From Epithemia pelagica (Eukaryota > Protista > Bacillariophyta), in assembly GCA_946965045.2 (NCBI GenBank), contig OX337228.1, forward strand, positions 5,022,001 to 5,086,000: DNA of 64,000 nt, in the 5' to 3' direction. The stretch's first letter is position 1, and each line of letters begins with the position of its first letter. The notes below the pieces were generated by a model. That model saw nothing but the letters and a program-made list of their open reading frames with translations, had not been told where the DNA came from and made no database searches. The position numbers were made by a program, and so were the translations under genes. Positions 1-14,600 of this stretch are shown in pieces.

Positions 1-3000
1 TATCTGGCTTGCCCAGACTAGATTTCCTGAGTAAAAGGCCGCGTTTGCAATCCTCACAATCTTGTAGAGCTTCGAAAACGAGTTATAGACTTGATGGGTT
101 TCACGAGAGCCGCCCCGAAGTGGCGGTATGTCTCGTTTTCCCTCAATGGAGTTGATGTTCCGAACGGCTCTTAGAAGCGTAATCATTGGTCGGGTTACAT
201 GAATTGTCACCTACACCATAAAAGGAAGAAAACTTAGAGATGCCAAAGTTTCCAAACCCAATATATGGAGTCATCCTTACCTTGCACACAACAAACAAGA
301 AAACAATCGAAAGAACAAGAATTATGACTGCGTCAATAATGGCTAACCGATCAAGGTCACCATACATCGTTTCTTCGACCTCTTCGAATGACCGCCGAAT
401 ATCTCGGGCGAAGTTGACGATTGCTACCGAATACATGGTTTCTGTTCTTGTCGTGACTCCCATGTCGAGACGACTTGGGTCTAATGATGCGAGTATAGTT
501 TGGTTAACAGCAGCATATGCAGCCACCAATTCCTCCTCTTCTCCGTCCTTCGTTTGTCTGGTGAATGTTGCCAAGCCATGTTGGCCTGCCTTCATCGACG
601 CTAGGACGCCCTTCTCAAATCCATCCTTGTCCTGGGGACGATTGCCGTGATTCTCGAATAACTCATCCGTGATTTTCGAAGAATTCCATGTCTTTGATTT
701 ATTCGTTCCCACAACAACATCGCCTTCGTATATATCAATGCCAGGTGTTACAAGAAACGATATGGGAAAACTCAGAGAATGGAATGCTTCTTCAAGCAGT
801 TTGTGTGGATAGTCTAAGAGCATCACTCCCACAAAATCACCATCAATGGGGTTAACAACAGGAGTTGCGATGCTCAACCCCACTGGACCTGACGGGCCAA
901 ACAAGTATGGTGCTGTCATGTGTAACGTGCTTGATTTTCGTGTTGTACTATACCAATCACGGCAACGTGGGTCGAACCCGTATTTTCCTTCGGGACAAAG
1001 CTCCGGTGCGATCAAAAATGCTTTATTTCCTTCGTCGGAAACAAAGAAAGAAGTGGTTGAATGAACATGGGAGCAACCAGTGAACCCACTAAACATTCCA
1101 TCTGCTTCAAATCCAATGAAACTTCCAAGTATTTGCCTCTCATATCCAGCGGCATTGCGGTAATTAAAAAGAGGAAACTCAACGACAGCCAGAGCGGATG
1201 AAACCCGAAGTCGGTCGTAAGTTGTCTCGAACCCTGCGGCGTTTGCACCCTTTTCCGCCCCAGGTAGTTCAGATGCATTATAATTCCAGATCGTTTCTTC
1301 AGGTGAGGCAGGGAAACTGGTGACATTTAGACGACCCCCTGTGAGGGGATCCATATCTAGTTCCAACACTGAGTAGAATCTCGCTTGCCTACGGCGTGAT
1401 TCGTGTCGGTCAAACTCTTCGGTGCAAGACCTGATGGGCTCAAAGGTATCGTCCCAATCACATGGACATTGATACGCGTCAGATAACAAAAGGTCACACT
1501 TGTAAATATCGGACGATTTGCATTCGTCTGATGCAGTCTGGAGTTCAGTGAACGAATCGGCTCTAGGAACTGCACCAAAATGGAGCCAGGAAGCCATGCG
1601 CGCGATCCAGTACAGATCGCGCCCCGGAGAAGCTAGAATCATACCGACCAATGTTGCCTTCGACATCACAATCGATTCATAGGCTTGCATCTCAAGGTCA
1701 TACGAAACCTGGTTTAAATCGTCAACCCACGCTGGAACGGTATCGATCATTGCTTGAGTGACGATAGCTGTAATGATAGTATTTGTCACCAAGAGTGGAA
1801 TGACAATAAGCAACACAATCCAGCAAAACAGGCGAGAGCGATAGACTTCCCTCCCGCCTTCGAGATCTTTAGGTCCTTCTTCGGGTAAACTAGCAACAAC
1901 TGGCCCTACATGTTTCTTTGGAGGTGCAGGAAACACTGTGTTTGAGAATGCCTTCAAAGCCTTCTGTTCATTAACTGTGGTAGAAACAGGTTGATCAGGC
2001 TTCGCCTCTTCATCATGATTCCCTTTCTCCTCATTGGGTTCCGAGGATGGGCCACTATTACAGTCTTCGGGTTCTGTGGAAGGAGTGTTAGCAGTGATGC
2101 TTGATCGAATGGATTTGTGCACTGACGCAGTTGTATACAGCTGTTGAAAATCGCTGTGCCATGTAAGTATGTTCCGAATCTCGTTTGCTTCCGACTCAGC
2201 GACAGAGGATGCGCCTCCACCGCTAAATCCAGTGATCATGGACCGGAACTCTTCCACCAGCTCTGTGATTTCTGTTCTTGGGGAGCAACGCACTGTGGCT
2301 GTGAGCGCAACTTCGTCTTCTAGTTGAAGACCTCCAGAACGTGTATCTCCATGGTTCACTATGCGCCACGAAACCGTTTCCATCCACAGCAAAGGCTGGG
2401 TTAAGAAACGTGCTACGCACCAAAGCATCAGAAGAATGAAAAACATTCCAAACAGCGCTATTCCTGTTGCAGCAAAGGATCCCTTCAACACGTCACTATC
2501 AATGGAACTCTCGAACTGTTCAATAGGAGCGTAGGCATCCAAGCCTACAACCTGGACGGCCAATGCGTAAGGGGCGTAGTTGGGGTCGAACTGCGATGGA
2601 GGATATGGAAGAGGATAAGCAGTTGCGACACCATAGAAGCACTCGCGCGTAGTATCCTCAGCCACGGCAGCAAGAGTCTCATTCGTCCATTTTGTCCTCA
2701 GGAGGGCCTCGTAGCTGTCTCTGATGGCCGCGAACGATTGGCTTGAAATTATTCCCAAATCTGACCAGGTCACGTTAATACTATTTCCATTTGATACGTT
2801 CACGCCACTCGTTGAATGAAGTGAATCCGACAGGACACGACCATCAGCAAAACTGAGCACTCCCCATTCTGAATGGTCATAAAGCCTAGATTTAATCAGG
2901 TTTTCGTCCAGGTCGGGCATTGCAATATCAACATAAGCAACGCCAATAAGTGCCCCAGATCTAAGAAAGAGATGAAACCAATAAGACCTCGAGGAAAACA

Positions 3001-4098
3001 ACAATCAGACAGGAGGACACGCATATGAACTTACTTTCGATCAAAGATTGCTTTACAAACCGTCGTAATGGACTCGTTGAAGCCAACTTCTTTGTGAGGT
3101 CCAAACCAATACACTTCGTTGCGATGCGTTACAGCTTCTCGAAACCATTCTCGTTCCACAGGGTTGTAGTCTCTGCCACGAACAATAGAGTTTTTGGGGT
3201 GGCATCTTGCAATTTCTTCTTCTGATGCTAGTGGTTCTCCAGTGATTGTATTGTTCAAAGTTCGTAGCCATTCACATCCTTGGGACTCATATGTCAAGTT
3301 CAGCCCATTACGATAAACCCCAGGGTAGGAGACCGTCGCACCGGCTCCGGAGTTGAAAAAGTGAACTCCCATGAAAAAAATATCTATGTTTGCCTCATGC
3401 AGTGGTCTTAGTAAAATGGCAATGTCACCTGACTTTTCATGGAGACCCTTGGCCGTAGAAGTCGGTTTGACCACTCCACCAGTAGAGACATCATTGTGCG
3501 CTTCTGTACAATTTGGATAATAGGCCAACGAAATGGGTTCTCTTACGGTTGGGTCACATTGTCCTTGCATAAAGAAGGCCCCGGTGGAAAACGAGACAAA
3601 AAGCTTGGCCTGTTCAAGCCACTTGGTACTGCGCCCTGGAAAGACAAAAGCAAAATTGTCATCCGTGACATCCCTGTTTATCATCCATTCAAGCGGCGCT
3701 GGATCAACGTCGAGCGGGTATACGTTGCGCTGAGAATCAATGTCAAAGAAGGGTACGAAAAGATCGTCCTCCCAGCCGCTATCGGGGTACCCAGAGATTC
3801 GATCCATTGTGATTTCCACCACTTGTTGCACTACACCATCAAAATTTTCTTTTAACTTCGAAAAAGTTTCCGCAGTTGTTTTTGTTGTAGATATCATGCT
3901 GGAATGGATCTGATCCTTCATGACCTTACTTGAACGCTCTTTGACCAAATTTCCAGCGGCGTTCAACATGATGATTGACACAATTACAACGAGCGTCAAG
4001 GTGATAAAAGTAACCGAGCCGAAACTGGTCAATAGCTGGCGCCTCAAGGAATAGTGTTGCTTTAGGCATGTCTTTTGAAGTAGCCTACCAGGTCCCAT
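1..4098 (-). CDS. Large membrane receptor-like protein with two TM-Cache-like-TM-HAMP-like modules; 3' end runs off the window
   Basis: Exons 4098-3035, 2960-281 and 210-<1 are joined in frame by GT-AG introns 3034-2961 (74 bp) and 280-211 (70 bp), giving 1318 codons with no stop. There are four hydrophobic segments (e.g. LTSFGSVTFITLTLVVIVSIIML, LFCWIVLLIVIPLLVTNTIITAIV). Cache-like motifs are YNPVEREWF...YWFGPH and FDPRCRDWY...HMTAPY. HAMP-like segments follow the TMs (FLTQPLLWM, VTRPMITLL). Confidence 0.8.
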
Positions 4099-4194
4099 TG
4101 TGGTAGTTCCTTCTGCTATTGCGCATCTGCGTTCTGCGTAATACGCTTTGAAGACGAAAATAAAAAACCAAAAAGGTCAAGGAACAAGGAATGG

Positions 4195-5074
4195 TAGACG
4201 GTTTGGCGCACGAGTCACGCCAGAAATTCTGAGTCACGACCATGTTGACTTTTTTCAATTTTAAGCAGCGGAATCGATAGAGCTCGACGAGCTCTATCTG
4301 CTGATAATCTTTGTTTTGAAAAAGATCAACACCCGGTCGAGTTATTCAGGATTTTCTGGATTTCTGGATTCTGGCAAATATCATCTGGTCTACCTGACAC
4401 TTTGGCACCGCGATAGCCCGCGCTAATTTGGACCAAAATGTTTTATACGGGCTATCACGTGAATTGACACGTAACTTCTCACTATAACACTAATTAATCG
4501 GATTTCTCCCCTATTCATTGTCTTTCATGTCCTTCATGGCTTTCTCAATAGACAGGATCAAGTTCTTCTTGTTCATACTGCTGGTTCCCTTGGAGTCGAG
4601 ATAGATGCCAGTCCTTCTGGACAAGACACAGCGAGAATGTCAACAGTGGTTCCTGCGTGTATCATCAGGTCTGTGTGATGATAATGATACTGTTGGAGCT
4701 GAAGGTAGCATGTTGACAACAATGAAGTTGTTGGGTACACACTATGCATTCATGTTACCTTGATGGATGCTGACTTTGTCATTGTCGTTTCTTGCTAGAC
4801 TGCACCAAATCTGATCGAGACTGTGTGTGGGCAGGTAGCTGAGTTAGACTACCAATTTAAACTTTCCTTCATCCATTTGGCGCCAAAAACACATTTTGAA
4901 GTGCCCAATCGATAGATCTCGTTCTGGGCTTTTGAATGACACCTCAAATTCCAAAATTGGTTAAGTAGAAGTCAAGTTATAAATTGTCAAAGTTTTCTAC
5001 GGTGGCATCGCGGTGACCCCAGAATTCCGCCCACCAAATTTAGTCAGGCTGCCAAATTAGTCAGGTTGCTTCTA
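4195..5074 (-). mobile_element. Non-autonomous TIR DNA transposon (MITE-like), copy 1; left TIR damaged
   Basis: Reverse complement of 39733-40619, with only a few substitutions and two indels seen. The right end GTCAGGTTGCTTCTA is at 5060-5074. The left end reads TAGACGG instead of TAGAAGCAACCTGACGG (10-bp deletion). TA is present at both ends. Confidence 0.9.
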
Positions 5075-5672
5075 CTTGTAATACTGGTACGAGTAAAAGG
5101 TGAGATAGAGATCGTTTCGTTCTATTTCCACCACAGTGTTACTTTCATCAGTATAATGGAGAATGAAGTATATGAATTTGTGTACATCGAACCCAATGGA
5201 TGATTATCCTTATCCCTAATACAATATTGACTTTTCTTGGGATCGTTCTCTGCGCGTGCTGGACAGCGGACGCGGACTGGCGGAGTAGTCGTTAGAGTAC
5301 AATATCGTCTATAGTCGTACTTTGTTCCTTCAAGATCTCGCTTGGGCATAAGTTTTCGTGGATGTTGCGCACCTTTCATCCCTCTTTCGATGGCACAACG
5401 CATCGAAATTCCAAAACCAAGGACCGCAGCATTGCAAGAACAAAAAGTGGAGCCATATCCTTTTGTGTGACGAGAGAGTCTTTCGTTCGGTTGAGAGTTT
5501 GTGTGGGTTGACCCAATTGGATCATAGGTCTTGAAGGAGTCTTCCTCTTCTTATCCCTGTCTACATCGTCCTAGAGGACAGCAGACGAGGTTGGAGGGAG
5601 ACTAGTGACGCTGGTGGGTGTGACAGTTGAGCCTCATTTCTTCGGTAAAGTCGAGAAACACGATCTAGAACG

Positions 5673-8600
5673 ATGCAGCCAGTCCAATACGTTGCGAAGC
5701 ATGCATTCCAGGGAGATATTGCCCAATCACAGCTGAGTCTCACTCCTGGAGCCACTGTCTTGGCTAAGCCGAATCAAACAGGTGCTTGGTGGTGGGGAAC
5801 CTGCAACGGACGGGACGGATGGTTTCCACCCACCTACGTGGCACCTGCGCCTCCGCAGCAACCCATGCCGGCCATATCCATGCAACAGCAGATGCAACAG
5901 GCCTCGTTTGCATCTTCGGTCCAACAGCAACAACGACCGGCCGCAACTTCGGCAATACCCAATGCCCATGGTCTTCCAACGGCAGCTGGATATAGTCAGG
6001 GCATGGCTCAGCCTCATCACCAGGCTAGCGTTGCAGCCTTTCAGCCCATTTCCAGTCAGCCACCACAACAGATGTATGCACCGCAGGATCCGTTTGCTGG
6101 ATTGTCCAACATGTCCTCGCAGCCGTCTGCCTCAAGTTCACCCTTGCCTTCCATGTCGGGTGGTGTCAGTCTTCCACCTCCCGAGGAACTTTCGGCTGTT
6201 CCTTCCTCTTTGTCCGTCGCAAGTGACCTGTCGCCTCCTAATGCCTCCGCTGCTTCTACAAATGCAGGGACTGCCCCATCGCGAATCAGTCCCAATCCTT
6301 CTCCCCGTGACCACCAGATGGGACCCAAAGCGGGTTCCAAATCAGGCAGTACGAAGTCTACCTATTCCGATTCCAAGAGCTCCAGTAGCCCCAAGACTTT
6401 TTCGACTACTCCACAGTCAGTATCCTCAAAGCCCCAAGCTTCGTCGTCGAAACAAGGGACAAAAGTGGTTTCTCCGTCCTCCAGTGCCTTTGAAGATGCC
6501 GAATCACGTTTTGCTGGCTCCGCAGTAGCTTCTGCAGAGGGTAAACCTCCTCAGGCTCCAAGTACCATTTCCAAGGAAGAAGACGATGCGCGGAGACTTC
6601 GTGCTCAAGAAGAATCCCGACAAAAGGCACAGATTCGGAAAGACAAAGCGGTATCACGTCAGCCAACAGATTTCTCTGACTCCTCAAGTGGTATCGGGTC
6701 AAGTGGGGTAACAATGACTGTCGAGTCGGAAGCTGCTAACACGATGAGTGACCAAACGCAAGCTCGGTTCAACCCATATGAGTTCCTGTCAGGATCTGGA
6801 AAGCTACCCGATCGAAAGTTTTCCCCTGTTTTTCGTGTTCCACCGTTTTGGGCCATGATGAACCTGAATACCTACATTCAGCAGAAACCAGTCCCCGAAG
6901 ACAAACTCAAGGAAAGAGCGTCCATGTATGAACAGCTGGCAAGAGCTTTGAGTTTCGTTGGATATGTTTGCGCAGAGACGAATGAAGCGTCAAGGTCAGG
7001 GAGAGGCCGGTATGCCAACAAGCGCGAGAATCCCCTCGCGTATATGGCTAACAATCATATGGCCTGCGAAGCCTGCATCAAACTCATCTCGTTGCTCCCT
7101 CATTCAGCGGGTGCATCCGGTCAAGTTTTGGATGGTCTCTTTATGAACTTTCTGAATGTGTTTGTTTCTTTAATGGAAAATGTCCAACCGAATCAGCAGC
7201 TGGTTCTACCAGGAGGATGGCAGCAACCGGAATACACTTACCTCTGTTTGTACGTTATTCGAAATTGTGGAAACAATAAGTGGAGTTTCACAATCTGTAA
7301 TACGGGCCGAGATGGTCTCCAGTACCATCCAGCCAGCTTTGACAACGAAACAGGCCGCGAGTTGAAGCAGCTCGCAATGACCATTTGGGACATTCCTGGT
7401 GAGCGTCTCATGGATTCCACGTTCTGGACATTGCTTTTCCGACTTCAGGTCTATCCATCACGAAAGAACAACGCAGCCTTTGTCTATACGAAGCTTTTAC
7501 CTGCTTTGAACTCAAGACCTCTTCGTTCGAACTTGGATCAAGGCCCGGCTGAATACCTTGAAGTTCCTGGAACCATTCCGGCACAATCATACCATCCATT
7601 GGCACTGCTTGCCCTCACGTCTTCACCAGCACCGGGCTGTCGGTCATCTAAGTATTCAACGTTGCTTGTGATGAAAGCCGCCGTGGATCTTACCTTTTGT
7701 GAGATTGAGAAGGCTACTTCGTCATCCATGGACCCCGAAGACACGCGTATTCTGAAATTGACAGGAAGAAACCTGGCAAATTTTGCTTCCACAATAAATC
7801 CAAATAGCGTCGGTGACAACAGCCTGGGGGCTTCGTTGTCGGACACCTGGGATTTACTGGACAATCTCTTGAAGAAGATAAACTTCTCAGCGTCGAAACC
7901 GGTTGATCAATATAACCATGGCCTTTCGGCCAATGCGCTGACCGACGACTTTGCAAAGGGTCAGATTGTGTCGCTCGCCACAGGGCCTGGATCGGCGGCA
8001 TTTCCCCTTTTCGGTCGACTTCGACGAGATAACTATGCGCAGACGACGAAGGGTTTGATGGGTGAACCTCGACAAGACCCGATCCTTATCCCAGCTGTTC
8101 TCACCGACGCTGAGCTTCCTCCAGTTGCCACAGACTTCATGACAGCTTCGTCTTACTTACAGAGGATCGCAGATGCATGCAGTTTGCTTCTCCAACAAAG
8201 AAGGCTTATCAAAAATTCACCGGCGTTTGCTGCATCAGCAGCACAGTATGCCCTTACCACAGTTCTTCCGATGCCCAATGCGGATCCCAAATATTGCTTT
8301 TGGCGAAAGAACAAAATGAGACGTGAAACACAGCTGAACTTATTGTTTCTTATCAGACGAGTTTGTCGTATCTACTCTGCGGCAACATCTCGCGTTCAAC
8401 AGTCTCGTGGCTTGATTGCCATAAGGTCTACAGCGTTTGCGTGTGCTGCTTGCGTAGCTGATGCAATTTGTCGTGTCGTTGCGACAGACGACCCGAGCAC
8501 ATTTGCACTTCACTTTTCAGGACAGTGCGAAGGACCAACACAGCCTTTCGGTATTGACGCAGGAGCATACGACACTCTTGGTGCAAATTTGCCCATGTAT

Positions 8601-11600
8601 GACCCCAACATGTGCTCTCTCCGATTTCAATGCCTTGACTACATGAGAGGATTGTCCATGAACATGGATGGAACCCAGAAGAGCACTATTTTCAATTTTG
8701 ATAAATCCCTGTCGCCGACACCGGGTGATTTGGTGTTGATTGATCAATTGGCCATTCAATTGGCTTTACAAAGACCATTCCCTAAAACCGAGGAATCCAT
8801 GATGACCTATGCGGCCAATCTCATTTCGGGTTGCAATGGATCTATCATTGAGGTGCTTCCAGAGTTTGAGTATTTCCGTGACATCGTTTTCCATTTCAAG
8901 CATGCTGTCTCGGGAAAAGCTCAGTCTGCAGAGGTACCTGACAGCCACACTTGGTTGGCTTCCGATGCTACACTCAAATGGGACTTGAGGCGAAAATCGA
9001 AGGAAGACCCTGTTTTGGTCTACCAAGTGACGGCATTCCAGGGTCATCCACAAGACTTCGTAGAACGAATAGCCCAACAGGAAACAAAATCAAAGAACCC
9101 TTTTGCGGGTTTTGTGGCCCTTTTCTCTTCAAAGACTGTGGTGGAGAGATCGCGTTTGTCATCTGCGGATCCCAGTACGGTTGTAAATTCCTGCGGTGAG
9201 AAATTCCAGAATAAACGAGCGAAGCCTGTATCTGTTAGAAACGAAGACGATGTTCTCCACTTGGACAACAAAGAGTTGCCAACTTTTGGGAATCTGTTGA
9301 CGCCATCAGATTCGGAGAGGTTCATTCAGTTCCTCACGGTCCCATACATTCGTATTCCTCTTATCCTTGACTTTTTCGCCAATGGTGACCCAACTCGTCT
9401 TTCTGCTCTGAGGACAAAATCACTACAGCTCATTGTTGACGCTGCACTCTTCGAGCCCGGGCGATGGAAACCAGCAGATTTCTTAGATTACATTGAGGAG
9501 GTCCCCGTCGTTGACTTTGAAAGGTTGGAAGCATTACTTGCAACTCCTCATGGAACGCTGTTTAATGAAATCGCGAAATCGCCGGATGTTCTAACGAGTT
9601 GTATCGTTAAAATATTGGAGCGTGCACTTGATATGGATGTTGGGCGGTACACGAGGAAGTCCTCTTCGGGTCCTTTGATTCTCTACGCTGTGCGACTCGC
9701 CGTTCGACTTGAAGGCTACATGAAATATGCTCTGGCAAAGTGCCGTCCAGGGAAACCCAGGCCTCGTGGCCTAGAGACGTTGGATAACATTAAAGTGGAA
9801 ACGGCACTTAAAAAGATTCGTGGAATGATTGACGCACAGGCAATCCCAACGCTGGAGTATTGGATTGATCCCTCGCGAACAAAAGATGTTGACATCGCTT
9901 GTCTTACACATGCTCATCTTTTGTACCTGTTCAAGAACTATGACTATGAGGATCTGGATTTCCGAGCCGTTTCGATCATAATGTCATCACAGGTGTTTTT
10001 GACCATCAACAATAGGTTCAGCAGCAAAGTGTACGATGATCTGCAAGACAACTCCAATCCCACCCACCCTCCACCGTCTATTCAAATTGCACAATCTGAG
10101 ATTTTTGATATCATTCAAAGCCACCGGTACAATGTCCTCCGTTTTATCAGAGAGAAATCCAAGGATGGCGACCTTGCAATGGAAGCCGTGGTTCGAATTG
10201 CGACTGGAACCGGAACTCGGGAGAACTCAGATATTGAATTGAAACAACGCCATTGGCAGAGTATTGGTCATCCCACTTGCTACGGAAGGTTTGTGCCTGA
10301 TACCGAGGATGAAAAACTTCGCGATGGGTCGTACCGGAAACCTGTGGAAGGCCAAACCTATGAGGAATGGATGCTACAGGTCACAACGAAGGCAGTTGGT
10401 ATTGAAGTTAATCTTCAACTGAGTGACTTTACTTTGCAAAACCACAAGATGGCATTGCTGGATCCCCAGATAATGGAAGATGCTGACTTCGCCGAAACCA
10501 GGCGGATTGCCTTGAAGGATGCATCGGATATTGCCTGTGCAGAAGTAATGCACACAACTAATCGCTACTGGTGGCGCCTAGTTGGAAGACGATATGATGT
10601 GCTTTCGTGGAGTCCTGATCAACGGAACTTCTATGACACCAAAGGAGCACGTAACCCGAATCATTCTCGCAAGTTTCCCGGAGGACTGCGTGGCGGGGAG
10701 AAGTGGATCGTTGATATATTGAAGGACAAGTTACCACTGATACTTCCTGAGGTCGATCTCTTTATTTCATCGAATGATCATTCGGATGAAGCTTTTGCCG
10801 TCCTGTCAGGCTGGCTACCAAACAAACGTAGTGACCACTCAATGCTCACTCATACTCTAAAGGAGGTGGTAGTGTGGCAGCATCCACCAGCCCTTTCTAT
10901 TTTCAACGTTGTAGAATATGGGCGCCGTCACATCCGAGTATTGGAGTACACGTCCAATCTATCGACATGTCTACACGAAGTCAGCAGTGGTGAACCTTAC
11001 CCCGACCGTGTTGCGGGTATCCTTTCTCTCTCCGCTGGTGTTCCCATGACCACAGTGACACCTTCGTCATCTCTTCTAGTATCGAGGGCCTTGTCTGCAG
11101 ATATCGGTGTTCAAACGTTCGTGCCCCCAAGATTCCTCGAGGGGCTAATCCCGACAGCTTTGGTTGAAAATTACGTTTTCTGGCAAAACGAAGACGATGA
11201 TATTGTCGGATATGAGAAGGAAACGAAGAGTCAAGAAGATGAGGAGAGCGACGAGAAGGACATCATTGACAATGCAGGCTCTTCACCAGATGATGACAGG
11301 CCTTGTACACGGCTACGAATCAAGCTCACCAAAGAGAGTTTCGACAAAACAGGCTTTTGTAATTCCTCGGCGGAAGCTCTTGTTCAGAGGATCCCAGTCA
11401 TTGGAACTGACCAGGAAGTTGAACGCATTGACTCAAACAGGACAACTCATGTGTTGCTTAACGTTATGACAGCACCTCCATCGTCGCTGTTGAAGAGAAT
11501 AGGGATGCTACTGGCTCGTTTGGACAACTTAGCTCACGTTCTAGTTTGGAGCACGGAGACCGTCAAGACGGCACATGGTGCAGCTTCGATTGACTTGATT

Positions 11601-14600
11601 GAGCTTCCACGGATCAATCTAGCATTCAAAGCAAAAGAGGTCCAACTGATCGACGGGACTAAGGAGAGGCGTCTTTACAGCAATGATTACGATGGGCTGT
11701 ACATAGCAACTTCGACAGAAGCACGTGAGATGGCAGAACGCTTACTTGGTTCCATCTCGCATTTCATTGTCCTACAAAATGCTGATAAAGACCTGTTCGT
11801 TCTCCTGCCGAGTTGTGCCCTTCCCCGAAGACTACATGTTGATGGGTCCCACCTCTCCGTACAAGTCATTCTCGATAGGCGAAACAGGGAATGGATAGGA
11901 AACATCGGAGAAGTTCGATCATACTTGTACCCAATCCATAACTCAAGGTCCTTCTTGGTCACACCATCGTTGGCTTCCTCACTTTACCTGATGTTGATGT
12001 ATTTTATCACGGGGTCTTACTCAGACGTCTTCAAGATGGTAGAATCATGCGTCAGTGAAGAGCTGAGCCCCGAAGAGCAGCAAATTTTTAACCAGCTTGA
12101 GTTCTTAGGAAACGATTTCCATCCGGATGCTCATGCATGTCGCCTGAAGTTGTCAGTGGTAACTGTGGGACTTGGTGCCGAGTCGACAATGCGATGTCCG
12201 TGGAGTATCACTGAAGAAATGGAAGAGTATGTGAAGAAACACGGTTATGTGTCATCAGCCTGTCGTCTAACGACTGAGGAAGAGATGTTGCTGCTTCAGC
12301 TATGCCGACCAAGTGCCCAGGGACGGCTTTCATTGACCCTTCTAAACAGGAAGGCTTTTGTCGGTGCTGTGAGGAGTTTGGGCTCACTTGCGCCAGACAA
12401 AACGTTGTCTGTGAAATTAGGAAAAGAAAAGCCACCCGTGGTGGAAAACTTTGATTTTGGTGCTGATTTTACAATTATTGAGAATCCTAAGAAGACGATG
12501 GTTTCTGCGAAGCTTTTCGGCGCAGCATATAGTAGACCCGAAGACGACGACGTTGCCTATGGGGGACTCAAGGCGTTAGAATTCATCAACAACGCCGTCT
12601 CATCCGGAGTCGAGATGACTTCGTCGCGTCACGGGTTCCCCTTGTTGTACGACCTCTTGACAGAAACTGTTGCGTTCAAACTCCACCCTAGTGACAAAAC
12701 GTTCAATTGGGGTCGGATGCTGTTTCGCCTCCTACCGCCGTCAGATTTCAAAACTCTTTCCGCAGAAATGTCGATCCTACGAATCCTTGCCGAGAATAGG
12801 CCCATTGCATCACACCCAGCCATACCAAGGTTTCAGATTGAAAGTGGAATGAACAGACTGAAAGGGATGTTTCACGGAAAGGATGCCGTAAGCAAATTGA
12901 TCGAACAATCACATACATTTATGAGCCAGGAAGGGGTCAGGGCAATGATCAAAAACTCTAGCGTCTTTCAAGAGTCACTTCCAAGATCCACAATGATTCT
13001 GGGGCGTCCGGAATCTTATTCTCAACATAGACTCTGGGTGGTTCCTCGAATCTCAGATTATTCGCAGTCGAAGTTTTATCTGGATATCCAAAATTGTGCA
13101 GCAGTGAACATTCCCCTCAAGCAGCTTCAAGCGTTTGCATCCAAGCCTCTCAAGCCGATAAAACTCAGTTCCTATGTGACTTACTTGACTCGGATGGAAC
13201 TTGGACAGGGCTCTGTCTCATCAGCCCTTCCTTTTGATGTATCTGGAGATCGGGTTTCACGAACACACTGTTCTCGTGCCACGATGCAACGAGTTGCCGA
13301 CGATGTCTTTAAGTATTCCCAGAAAGCAAACACCGAGACCACCCCCACACTCATAGGCTTCGCACCAGCTGATATTGATTCTTTCCATACGAATGGAGTC
13401 ACTTTGAGTAAGGCGAACGCGCAACTGAACAAGCTTGTGAAGGCACTCAATCAAGCCATGGAATTCGATCGAAAGTCGCTGTGGAATCTGATGAATCGGG
13501 CCTTGGCCATTGCAACAAGTGATGAACGAAGCGACACTCCAGGAGCTGGTGGACCAAACGGCGAGGTGAACTTTTTGCGATTCAGGCTTGGTCAGGTTGG
13601 TGAAAGAGAGCCAGCTTCATGGTTTGAACTGCTTGTGGCGTCGACACTTTCTACTGTTGCCGAACATGACATCCGTTCGCTTAATCCTCACATGTCGGGG
13701 ATTGCATATAAAACTGTCACGAGTCTTACAGTTGTAGCGATGTTGACATCGATCCGTATCAGCCAGACTCATCGGGCTTTATCCAGTCTCTCGAAATTAC
13801 TCTTTCTTTTGAAACGAGTAAGTAATCAAAACGAATTCAAAGAACAGTCGAGGATTTGTCAAGAGATCAAGCTTCAGGCATCAAAGGTTGCTTCAGACGT
13901 TGCAAACGAACGACACTTCATGCAAGTCAGCTCGGACGGGAACTTCATTGAATTTGACCCACGATTCCTTGTTTTTGAATTCACTTACTCTTTGATGCTT
14001 CGGAAGAGCCAAGTACTCTTGGTGAACAAACTGATGAGCGCTATGAACAGCAAGCAGTCGATGTGTCATCAAATGATCATGGGTGCAGGGAAGACGACCG
14101 TTGTCACGCCGCTTCTAGCTCTCATGCTGGCTGACGGGAAGTCGCTCGTTACTCAAGTTGTGCCTCATGCCCTGCTGGACTTCTCACGTGGAGTGATGAG
14201 AGAAAAATTTGCTGCAGTTGTTCGAAAGCCAGTGTTTACTTTTGCTTTCAGTAGAGGTACAACAATCACAAAAGATCTTTACCTTAAGCTTTGCAAAGCC
14301 CGGGACAGCAGAGCAGTGATCTGCGCGACTCCGACCAGTGTCAAGTCATTCATGTTGAAGTTTGTCGAAATGATGAAGGTTCTAGAAGAGAAGAAGTTTG
14401 GTAGTGCCCGACGGAAGGTGCAAAGCGGTGGTCTATTTGGCGCCTTCTCCCTATCTGCAATTGCGAAAAGATTCCGAGATTCTGCGGAAATTATTGAGGC
14501 TGATGTCAACCCACAAGAAGTTTACTATGGAGTCGAAATTTTGAAACTTTTCAGAAACGGTGCTCTGTTGCTGGACGAAGTTGATCTCATCTTACACCCA

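Noticed and set aside
5122-5403. 93-aa minus-strand ORF upstream of the giant gene
   Set aside because: No recognisable motif, it lies in a promoter region, and its length is within chance expectation.
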